DNA of 64,000 nucleotides from a virus. The position numbers and the translations under genes were made by a program. The stretch is from positions 22,835-86,834 of the IMG/VR virus record IMGVR_UViG_3300044999_000022; one strand, 5' to 3'. Positions 57,203 to 64,000 of the stretch are shown here, piece by piece. Within the stretch, counting starts at the first letter, position 1; every line of letters starts with the position of its first letter. The notes under the pieces are model-generated. The model was not told where the DNA came from, did no database searches, and saw nothing but the letters and a program-made list of their open reading frames with translations.

Positions 57203-57529
57203 TCAGTCATTGGTCTTCTCGTCCTCGTCATAGTAATCGAACCTGCCGGACGCCAGCAGGCGCTTGCACGCGTGTTGGAGCCTGAGCTCGGCGCGGTCGC
57301 GCGAGTCGTAGTCCTCCTCGTTGGAGGGCATCATGTTCGCGAAGGCCTGGTCGCCGATCATGAGCGCCCTTGCGAGGAACTCCTGGAACGGCTTGAACAT
57401 GTCCCGGAGTGCCTCGCTGTCGTTGAACTCGTCCTGAACGCGGTACCTCAGGGCCTCGAGGATCTCCTCGACGTCCCTGCGGTCCTCGCCGGTGAAGTCC
57501 TTACTGGTGTCGACCGGCTGAGCGGTCAT
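57203..57529 (-). CDS. Hypothetical acidic protein
   Basis: AAGGAG RBS. Confidence 0.6.
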   Translation of the reverse strand: MTAQPVDTSKDFTGEDRRDVEEILEALRYRVQDEFNDSEALRDMFKPFQEFLARALMIGDQAFANMMPSNEEDYDSRDRAELRLQHACKRLLASGRFDYYDEDEKTND

Positions 57530-57794
57530 GGAGGTGCTCCTTCAGTGTGGGGGTGAAGTCGGACTGCTTCTGCGTACTCGCGCGCCCGTCTTCGCCGACG
57601 TTGTGAACCTTGTCGGGCTCGTACCGCGTAACCATACCGCCGAACTCGTCGGTCATAGTCATCGCGACAACTCGCATGCCCGAGCCTCGCTCGGCACCCT
57701 CGTCGACCATCTCCTCCACGGCCATACCAAAGTGCCCGAGCTGATCGAAATCAGCACTGACTTGCTCGATTTCGATTACGAGCTTCGTAGCCAC
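57501..57794 (-). CDS. Hypothetical protein
   Basis: AAAGGAG RBS after a two-hairpin element. Confidence 0.55.
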   Translation of the reverse strand: MATKLVIEIEQVSADFDQLGHFGMAVEEMVDEGAERGSGMRVVAMTMTDEFGGMVTRYEPDKVHNVGEDGRASTQKQSDFTPTLKEHLHDRSAGRHQ

Positions 57795-58034
57795 TGTGGC
57801 TCCTTTCTGAAACGCTCCTACGAGCGCTCCGAGCTACGCATGTTGTGCGTAGCTCGCAACGTTCGTATGATTGTCTCCCGCCTGATGCAGTCCATCGTGC
57901 AAGGTGTCCAAGTACTCATCGCTATGCTCGTCCAGCCCGCCATCGAAGGTCGGATGCAAGTTGTGAATGCCTGTTAGGTGTGCAACCTTTTCTGCGTGCG
58001 CGCTCATGCTCGTCTCCGTTCGTTGTGCCTATGC

Positions 58035-58125
58035 ACGTTATTTTTATTCTTCTTTTATTTTTATTATATCACAAGTCCCCTAGGGACTAACAATAGGCCG
58101 CTTCGATTATTCATATATTATTCAT
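58035..58125 (-). promoter_or_regulatory. Early promoter repeat B
   Basis: ATGAATAA-N3-ATGAATAA; CCTA-TTGTTA-19bp-TATAAT; ~39 nt identical to repeat C. Confidence 0.8.
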
Positions 58126-58459
58126 GGCCTTCCCAATCAGCGTCGAACTCCTGCGGGTTGACTTCTTTTATGACAGGCCAGCAGTCGCGCAGGACAGGCT
58201 GTCCGGCCTCTTCCCTATAACCCCGATCAACGTTTACAAGCCAGAGGGCTTCCAATAGGTGCTCAGCTCTCTCAGGGTCCTTCGGTATGTATACCCCTTC
58301 AGGCATGCCCACACGCACCACACGTGGACGCTTGCCGTGATAGTCGTCAAACTGCACTTGCTGCGGCGCTTCAATACCCTGTTCCGACCTACGAGGCATC
58401 GCACGCCCTTTTTTGAGATGCTTAGCCTGCGTCTGCCCCTTGCCGTACTTCTTAGTCAT
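58118..58459 (-). CDS. Hypothetical protein
   Basis: GGAGG RBS; YIPKDPERA motif. Confidence 0.6.
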   Translation of the reverse strand: MTKKYGKGQTQAKHLKKGRAMPRRSEQGIEAPQQVQFDDYHGKRPRVVRVGMPEGVYIPKDPERAEHLLEALWLVNVDRGYREEAGQPVLRDCWPVIKEVNPQEFDADWEGHE

Positions 58460-58502
58460 TGCGACCTCCGTGTGGGGGCTGCTTTCGCAGCCCCCACGAT
58501 CG

Positions 58503-58790
58503 TCACTTACCGGTCGGCGCTAGCTCGTTGGTGTAATGCTGTGGGTCGTAGACGGTCTCGTCTACGAGGGCTGCCTCCGCGAGCTTCCGCTCATCGGCGT
58601 GTGGGAATTGCTCGTTACCCATGTCCGCCTGATACGTCAGCAAGATGGCAACGACCTCCAGGTTGACTTCCTTCGGGAACTCCTCAAGGAAGTCCGCGTC
58701 GCGAAGACACGCTACGAGTTTGTGCCATTCAGGCGAGCCTGGTATGGGTACGTCGACTTCATACTCCCTAAGGACGCGTAGCTTAGGCAT
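58503..58790 (-). CDS. Hypothetical protein
   Basis: AAGGA RBS; coupled chain. Confidence 0.55.
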   Translation of the reverse strand: MPKLRVLREYEVDVPIPGSPEWHKLVACLRDADFLEEFPKEVNLEVVAILLTYQADMGNEQFPHADERKLAEAALVDETVYDPQHYTNELAPTGK

Positions 58791-59070
58791 TATCGTCCTT
58801 GTCAGTTCCTAGGAGATGGTGAATGAAGGCAGCGGCCTCGATGCCTTCCTCGTCGATAGTGCCGTCATCGTATAGCGGGTACCGAACGCTAGTCCAGTAC
58901 CCTCGCGTGTCGTCGTATATCGTGTTCTTGGTCTCGGCCGTCTTGATCCCGTCGCTGAAGACGAGGTCTACAACGAGCGGACGGTCCGGAGGGTACTCCA
59001 GCCTGACGACGACTCGTTCGTCGAAGTACTTCCACGGCAGTGGGATCTGCTCGACAGGTAGTTCCATCAC
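58783..59070 (-). CDS. Hypothetical protein
   Basis: Coupled chain. Confidence 0.55.
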   Translation of the reverse strand: MMELPVEQIPLPWKYFDERVVVRLEYPPDRPLVVDLVFSDGIKTAETKNTIYDDTRGYWTSVRYPLYDDGTIDEEGIEAAAFIHHLLGTDKDDNA

Positions 59071-59318
59071 TTGTTCCGTAGCTGGAAGTCCGCGATGTCG
59101 CGGACCTCCTGATCGGTGAGCGGCATGTCATAGATGGTCCGCAGTAGGATGCAGGCCTTCTCGGCGACCGCAGGGAGGACGTTATACGCGAAGAAGTTCA
59201 TCACGATATGCCAGTCCTCCCTACTGGAGGGCTTGCGCCCGCCCAGCTCGAGTTCCACCGCGGCGGCCAGCAGTTCGTTCGGCGACCGCAGGGTCGGTTC
59301 GTTACTCACGGTTACCAC
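59067..59318 (-). CDS. Hypothetical protein (weak PriCT-like PL...EV..IA)
   Basis: Coupled chain. Confidence 0.5.
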   Translation of the reverse strand: MVTVSNEPTLRSPNELLAAAVELELGGRKPSSREDWHIVMNFFAYNVLPAVAEKACILLRTIYDMPLTDQEVRDIADFQLRNK

Positions 59319-59731
59319 TCATCTCCGTCATCGGTGTCCATCATGATGACCGACCATCCGCGCTGCTCGAACAGCTCCTTGACGGCCTCTGCGCGCTCGT
59401 CTACGAGCTTGCCCCACCTCTCGTACCAGGCATCGACCTCCGCTTGGTTCAGCATGGCGCCGACGCCTGCCTGATACGGAACGAGGGTCTCGATGAATGT
59501 CTTGTCATGCTCGCCCGTACCCTGCGTCCATTCGGACCGCATCATAGTCTCGTACTCCGCATAGACCTCCTCGGGGTACGGCGCCATTGTAAAGCCGAAC
59601 AGTACCCTGAGCAGGGCACGCTGCTGAACTTCTCCAGCGGCCTCGCAGTCCTCGGCGTGCGTACCGTCGGTACGACCACACTCGGTGCATGAGTACTTCT
59701 GACCGTCTGCGGTCCAACTGTAGTGCGCCAT
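59312..59731 (-). CDS. Hypothetical Zn-binding protein
   Basis: CxxC...H...C; GAAGGGAG RBS. Confidence 0.6.
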   Translation of the reverse strand: MAHYSWTADGQKYSCTECGRTDGTHAEDCEAAGEVQQRALLRVLFGFTMAPYPEEVYAEYETMMRSEWTQGTGEHDKTFIETLVPYQAGVGAMLNQAEVDAWYERWGKLVDERAEAVKELFEQRGWSVIMMDTDDGDEW

Positions 59732-59744
59732 CACTCTCCCTTCC

Positions 59745-59808
59745 CGAACGCCTACCGTTAGGCGAACGTGGCGCGGTGCGGTCGCATTCCGCACCTCACC
59801 ATGATCGT
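59745..59808 (-). repeat. Intergenic two-hairpin cassette element
   Basis: CATGGTGAGGTGCGG-AATGCGA-CCGCACCGCGCCACG then CGCCTA/TAGGCG, then RBS. Confidence 0.7.
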
Positions 59809-60069
59809 CTAGCAGCCTGAGACCGAGCCACCCTGCGACTGACAGTACGCAGGCGTGCTACTACTTGTAGAGGTGCCTAGCGTGCTGGCCACCTTGGAGA
59901 CCTGCACCCCAATGATGATCCCGCAGATGACGCTGAACAAGACACCGATGCCGATCACGATCGCGATGAACTTGGTCGCTGCGGCGGTCGTCCGCGCGTT
60001 GTTAAGCATTGCTATCTGCCACTCGGCCTCCGTCATCGGAGGGCGCGCGTAAGGCTGGTTCATAGTCAT
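59809..60069 (-). CDS. Single-TM membrane protein
   Basis: Hydrophobic segment; C-terminal C.SQGG....C. Confidence 0.6.
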   Translation of the reverse strand: MTMNQPYARPPMTEAEWQIAMLNNARTTAAATKFIAIVIGIGVLFSVICGIIIGVQVSKVASTLGTSTSSSTPAYCQSQGGSVSGC

Positions 60070-60147
60070 TATTGCCTTCCCGGATGTCGCTCCTTGCAAA
60101 CATCCTGGAATGCGCCCCCTTCGCGAAGGCGCAAACCAGGCGGTTCG

Positions 60148-60594
60148 TCAGCGCGCGCGGTGCGCGTTCACGATGGCGGTTATGTCTCCGCCCTCGGGGT
60201 GCTCCACTAGAAACGCGCTGATCGCATACATAGCCTCATGGGCTGACTCGTGACGCTCGCCTGTGAAGCCGGCACCGACCCAGACGGTCCCGCCTCCCGT
60301 TGAGGTAACGATGCGGTTGGACAAGGTATTGTAGACATAAACCATACCGCCGCCTTGGAGCATGTGATCGGAGTGGCCTGCTGTCTTGGCCTCCTCGCGA
60401 TTCGCTACCGCGGACTCGATGATATAGAACCTGCACGCAGGATCGTATAGCTCCTGATGTGCCTTGGCAGGCTTCGTTGGAACGATCGTGAACCTGCGGT
60501 CGACCGGCGTGGCCTTCCTACGTGTCTCGCGTTCGTCTGCCTCACGCAGTTCCGCTTCGACCAGTTCGGCCCGCAGTTGTGCTGCGGTCTTCAT
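60148..60594 (-). CDS. Hypothetical protein
   Basis: AAGGAGG RBS. Confidence 0.6.
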   Translation of the reverse strand: MKTAAQLRAELVEAELREADERETRRKATPVDRRFTIVPTKPAKAHQELYDPACRFYIIESAVANREEAKTAGHSDHMLQGGGMVYVYNTLSNRIVTSTGGGTVWVGAGFTGERHESAHEAMYAISAFLVEHPEGGDITAIVNAHRAR

Positions 60595-60682
60595 GATGCC
60601 TCCTTGCCTAGTGGCCACGGAATGCTGTTGAACCGCAGGTCGTTTATCACGACCCATACCTCTTTGGGCATGCTGCCTCCTA

Positions 60683-60973
60683 CTAGAAGTCGATACCGAA
60701 CAGGCCCGCGAGGTACCGCGATCCTGTTATTGCTTCAGCGTGGTCGCCGCCGTCATGGACGTCGTCAGCCATGTTCGAGATGAATGCGCGGAACGAAGAC
60801 TCGAAGGTCATGTGAGTGAAGTCCTCGTCATAGCGGTACTCATCAACGTAAGCGACCATGAACGCGGCGTACTCGTCCATCGTAATACGAAGGACGATCT
60901 GCATCGCTGTGGCCTTTTGTTCCTGAAGGTCCGCCATAGCGGCCTCTAGGAGCTTACGTGCTTCTAGTGACAC
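60683..60973 (-). CDS. Hypothetical protein
   Basis: AAAGGAGGAG RBS after cassette element. Confidence 0.6.
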   Translation of the reverse strand: MSLEARKLLEAAMADLQEQKATAMQIVLRITMDEYAAFMVAYVDEYRYDEDFTHMTFESSFRAFISNMADDVHDGGDHAEAITGSRYLAGLFGIDF

Positions 60974-60981
60974 TGCTCCTC

Positions 60982-61061
60982 CTTTCCTGCACGCTACAAG
61001 CTGTAGTCGTACATGGCGTCGGGGTAGACACCTTCGCATGCCTACCCCGCACCATGAGCGG
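60982..61061 (-). repeat. Intergenic two-hairpin cassette element
   Basis: Near-duplicate of 61418-61496 with compensatory stem changes; GCGAAGG loop. Confidence 0.8.
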
Positions 61062-61409
61062 CTAGGCGGACTTGTTGGTCACGGTGATCGAGTACGTCCC
61101 CTTCTTGGTCCAGTGCTGCAGGACCTCATGGGACCACCAGTGCGGGTAGGCCAGCTCGTTTTTGTACAGCACCTCATCGCTGTACGCGCCGGTCGAGTAC
61201 GCCGTAGTGCGGTGCTCCCACTCCCGGTAGGCGTGGCCGCAGGCGTGCTTGGTCAGCCACTCCTGCGAGACCGTCCCGGTCGAGGCGGTGCTGTGCTCAT
61301 ACTTGTGCGTCGTGGTGCACGTTGCCGCACTCGCCGGCCCCGCTCCCGCAAGAGCAACGCCCCCCGCGAGGATCGCGGTTGCCGTCAGGCCCGCTAGGGT
61401 CTTACGCAT
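61062..61409 (-). CDS. Secreted His/Thr-rich protein
   Basis: MRKTLAGL...PASAA signal peptide. Confidence 0.65.
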   Translation of the reverse strand: MRKTLAGLTATAILAGGVALAGAGPASAATCTTTHKYEHSTASTGTVSQEWLTKHACGHAYREWEHRTTAYSTGAYSDEVLYKNELAYPHWWSHEVLQHWTKKGTYSITVTNKSA

Positions 61410-61417
61410 GCTGTTCC

Positions 61418-61496
61418 TTTCTTGCACGCTACAAGGTGTAGTCGTACATGGCGTGGGGACGATCACCTTCGCCTGACCGTCCCCCACCATGAGCGG
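61418..61496 (-). repeat. Intergenic two-hairpin cassette element
   Basis: CATGGTGGGGGACGGTCA-GGCGAAGG-TGATCGTCCCCACGCCATG then CTACA/TGTAG, then RBS. Confidence 0.8.
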
Positions 61497-62159
61497 TTAC
61501 TTCTTGTTGGCGTCCGCGGTCGCCTTGGCGGCCTTGATGCGGAGCTGCCTGAGGTTGTGCTCGTTCATCCAGTTGACGAACGCCTCGATGTCCGTGATCT
61601 CCATACGGCCATCGGCGGCGTGTCCGACGGGGAACTTGCCCTTGCCCGCCTGGATGTACATGAACGGGCTGTTGACCGTCCCCAGACCCGCGTCCACGCG
61701 TGCCTGGTTGAAGATCTTCGTCGCCTGGTACGGCGTGAGGACGAACGGCTTGCGGTGCTTGCCGCCCTTGACCTTGCCCTGCGGGGTCTCTTCGGGCTGT
61801 CCGGCCGTAAGGGCCTTCAGGGCCTCGTCGAAGAGGCCACCCTCGCCGGTCTCGTCCTCGAGGGCCTCTTCGGCCTCGTCCGTCGTGGACTCCTCCGGCA
61901 GGGTCTCGTCGACGATTTCGCCCTCGAGCACCTCAGCGGTGTCCGCGAGTACCTCGTCGATGACCTCGGCCGCCGTCGGCGTCCACAGCTCCATGCCGGT
62001 TCCCACTACGGTGGTGGTCTTCGGCGCCTGCGGGCGGGTCCTGCGGTTACGTGCTGGCATTGTCTTGCCTTTCTGTTGTGACGCCCCTTGCGGACGCCCT
62101 GCAACGTACATCGCTAGTGTACGCTCTAGGTCGTCCGCAATGGTTGTCTGCCCTGACAT
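61497..62159 (-). CDS. Acidic protein with HTH-like domain, paralog of 51788-52660
   Basis: AAGGAGGTG RBS; LTPY...SPFMYI...KGKF. Confidence 0.7.
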   Translation of the reverse strand: MSGQTTIADDLERTLAMYVAGRPQGASQQKGKTMPARNRRTRPQAPKTTTVVGTGMELWTPTAAEVIDEVLADTAEVLEGEIVDETLPEESTTDEAEEALEDETGEGGLFDEALKALTAGQPEETPQGKVKGGKHRKPFVLTPYQATKIFNQARVDAGLGTVNSPFMYIQAGKGKFPVGHAADGRMEITDIEAFVNWMNEHNLRQLRIKAAKATADANKK

Positions 62160-62192
62160 CGTTTCTCACCTCCTTTCGTTACGCCCCTGGGG

Positions 62193-62283
62193 ACGTTATT
62201 TTTATTCTTCTTTTATTTTTATTATATCACATGTACCGCGGGGCCTATCAATAGGGCACCCTGATTATTCATATTTTATTCAT
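62193..62283 (-). promoter_or_regulatory. Early promoter repeat C
   Basis: ATGAATAA-N3-ATGAATAA; CCTA-TTGATA-19bp-TATAAT. Confidence 0.8.
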
Positions 62284-62289
62284 CTACAC

Positions 62290-62362
62290 CCTTCTCGGTA
62301 CGTTTCTTACAAACGTCCGCGGCGAGGTACGGCCTTCGCGCACCGTACCTCACCGTGCACGC
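62290..62362 (-). repeat. Intergenic two-hairpin cassette element
   Basis: CGGTGAGGTACGG-TGCGCGAAGG-CCGTACCTCGCCG then ACGTTT/AAACGT, then RBS. Confidence 0.75.
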
Positions 62363-62606
62363 TAGTCGGTCGCGTCTATCGACCACCCATCAGGAGTGGC
62401 CGGAAGGCCGATTGCCTGCTCTTCACTGACGACCTCGAACGTCAGCACCTCGCGTCCGTGCTCGTCCTTCATCGTGACGATCTGAGGGTACGCCATACCA
62501 GTCCTCCTAGAGCATTGCTTCGATTGACGGCCACTGCAGGATGGTCAGGAGCATGTCCCAACCGAAGTGAACTACGGGGATGATGAACGGGATGATTGGC
62601 CACATG

Positions 62607-62927
62607 TCAGTGCCTCGTGTAGAACTCGCGATAGTCGACCGTGAGGTCGCCCTTGGAGGTCAGGTGTACCGAGATGCGGAGCTCGTCCTCACCGAACTCG
62701 TACGCGATCCACTTGCGGTTACCGTACTTGTCGTTCGCGCGGTTCGTCCACGACAACTTACGGAACAGCTCCTCAGGAGTGTCACACACCTCCCAAAGTG
62801 CCTCGAGTTCGGTCATCGCGTTCTTCACGAACCGGAGGTATGCCGCATCCATCTGGATGCGGAACCCCTTCGGACTCGCGTATAGGACCTTGTTTGAAGA
62901 GGTCCCAGAAGGGTTTGTACCTTGCAT
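62607..62927 (-). CDS. PC4-like protein, paralog 2
   Basis: ELRIS.....G...VDYREFY. Confidence 0.55.
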   Translation of the reverse strand: MQGTNPSGTSSNKVLYASPKGFRIQMDAAYLRFVKNAMTELEALWEVCDTPEELFRKLSWTNRANDKYGNRKWIAYEFGEDELRISVHLTSKGDLTVDYREFYTRH

Positions 62928-62939
62928 GGTACGTTCCTT

Positions 62940-63011
62940 TCTTTTCGAACGTTACTCTTGTAGTAACGGTCGCGGCGAAGGTACGGTCGCATCCGCACCT
63001 CACCGTAATCG
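62940..63011 (-). repeat. Intergenic two-hairpin cassette element
   Basis: CGGTGAGGTGCGG-ATGCGA-CCGTACCTTCGCCG then CGTTACT/AGTAACG, then RBS. Confidence 0.75.
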
Positions 63012-63341
63012 TTACTTCCAGACGTACGCGTGCATCTCCCGGAAGTCCTTGATGAATGTCCCTGCGCACCACTTGTCGGCGACCCTCATGGTCAGGATGT
63101 GATGTTCGCCTCCGCCGCCCACTTCAGGTTCTCCTTCCGATCGTTCCATGTTCGCGAACGACTTCCTGATTTCGTCCTCCGAGTGTTCATGGAGGTCTGT
63201 GAACGCGTTGTCCGCGTATCCCGTGATGACTTCATGGACGTTCTGTTCCAATATGTCATCAGGCTCGTCCGCAACCCCGAGTTCGTTCTCGATTGCGTCC
63301 TTCGTGACCTCAATGAGGTCATTCAAGGTCAGATCCTTCAT
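63012..63341 (-). CDS. Acidic hypothetical protein
   Basis: AAAGGAA RBS. Confidence 0.6.
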   Translation of the reverse strand: MKDLTLNDLIEVTKDAIENELGVADEPDDILEQNVHEVITGYADNAFTDLHEHSEDEIRKSFANMERSEGEPEVGGGGEHHILTMRVADKWCAGTFIKDFREMHAYVWK

Positions 63342-63354
63342 ATCCGTTCCTTTC

Positions 63355-63612
63355 TTATAGGTCACACCCACACGATCCGTTCACACTGCGGTACTCTCTG
63401 CAGGTCGTACATAGGTTCGACTTCGCGGTACTGAACCCGCCGGGCAGTTTCAACATAGTGGCCTTCTCGATCATGTCGTCACTCGGCATGAACCCTCCCG
63501 CGTCACACCCGCATCTTTCGTACGCGAGGTACTGTGCCGGTGTGTACATCCTCTTACGTGCCGCGTCACTCTTTTGTTGTATCGAACTCTTTCCCCTAGG
63601 CACTATAGTCAC
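63355..63612 (-). CDS. Cys-rich hypothetical protein
   Basis: GAGGAGG RBS; CxxC...CxC. Confidence 0.55.
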   Translation of the reverse strand: MTIVPRGKSSIQQKSDAARKRMYTPAQYLAYERCGCDAGGFMPSDDMIEKATMLKLPGGFSTAKSNLCTTCREYRSVNGSCGCDL

Positions 63613-63649
63613 CTCCTCTCGTCGCCGTACATCGTCCCGATGTACTATA

Positions 63650-63734
63650 TTTTTATTTTTCTTTTATTTTTATTATATCATACGTCCCTAGTGTCCTATC
63701 AATAGGGCACCTCGAATATTTATATATTATTCAT
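63650..63734 (-). promoter_or_regulatory. Early promoter repeat D
   Basis: ATGAATAA box; CCTA-TTGATA-19bp-TATAAT; A-rich leader. Confidence 0.8.
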
Positions 63735-64000
63735 GCAGGGCATTTAGTGAACGGCCGCCCCGATCCCCGCGATGCACAGCGCGAGTACGAGCAGCGATAG
63801 GAGTACGACCAGGCACCCCGCACACCCTCCGGTGCATCCCTTAGAGGTTCCGGTTGTCTGCCCTGAGGTATTCTTGTACGTCCTCATGTTCGTTTTCCTT
63901 TCTATCGTGACTCATTGATGGACCGGATGGCCGCTAGGAGACGTTCCCGTCGTCCCGCGTCCCTAGGGAGGTAGGACACTAGCGGTAGTCCATTCCTCTT

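Noticed and set aside
61422-62583. + strand ORFs of 219 and 364 aa
   Set aside because: Shadows of - strand genes, crossing a promoter repeat
59745-63011. Intergenic repeats as a CRISPR array or integron attC sites
   Set aside because: Separated by whole genes, not 30-40-nt spacers; no consistent RYYYAAC/GTTRRRY boxes; no Cas1 or integron integrase seen
1-64000. Stop-codon reassignment
   Set aside because: Long conserved genes are intact under the standard code, and TAG, TGA and TAA all end genes at coupled junctions

Overview
The window is most of a tailed (siphovirus-like) phage genome, probably infecting an actinomycete (high GC, GGAGG RBSs, DUF1906 endolysin, actinobacterial-style signal peptides). 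It has two convergent arms that meet at a hairpin at ~20.25 kb. The + arm (1-20.2 kb) encodes an 18-aa-repeat fibre-like protein, head-tail joining and tail genes with a -1 frameshift chaperone, a tape measure protein with a lytic transglycosylase domain, minor tail proteins and lysis genes. Terminase, portal and capsid genes lie outside the window. The - arm (20.3-64 kb) encodes a UDG-fused, intein-containing family A DNA polymerase and a 7-deazaguanine DNA-modification cluster (folE, queD, queE, a TGT/DpdA-like barrel, MazG-like, DUF6378-like, a glycosyltransferase, a methyltransferase; no queC seen). It also carries a Sak4-like recombination module, an HNH-fused SNF2 helicase, ParB-like and DUF3631-like proteins, secreted lectin-like proteins and an early region of small genes. 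The most unusual signals are non-coding: (i) a ~490-nt array of structured RNAs bracketed by a tRNA-Lys(UUU) with an 11-nt insert at 37/38 and a D-armless G3:U70 tRNA-Ala/tmRNA-TLD-like RNA; (ii) a 186-nt raiA-like structured RNA abutting the queD RBS; (iii) covarying two-hairpin intergenic cassettes and four repeated promoters with 19-bp spacers in the early region. All assignments are by-eye motif recognition; no searches or folding programs were run.
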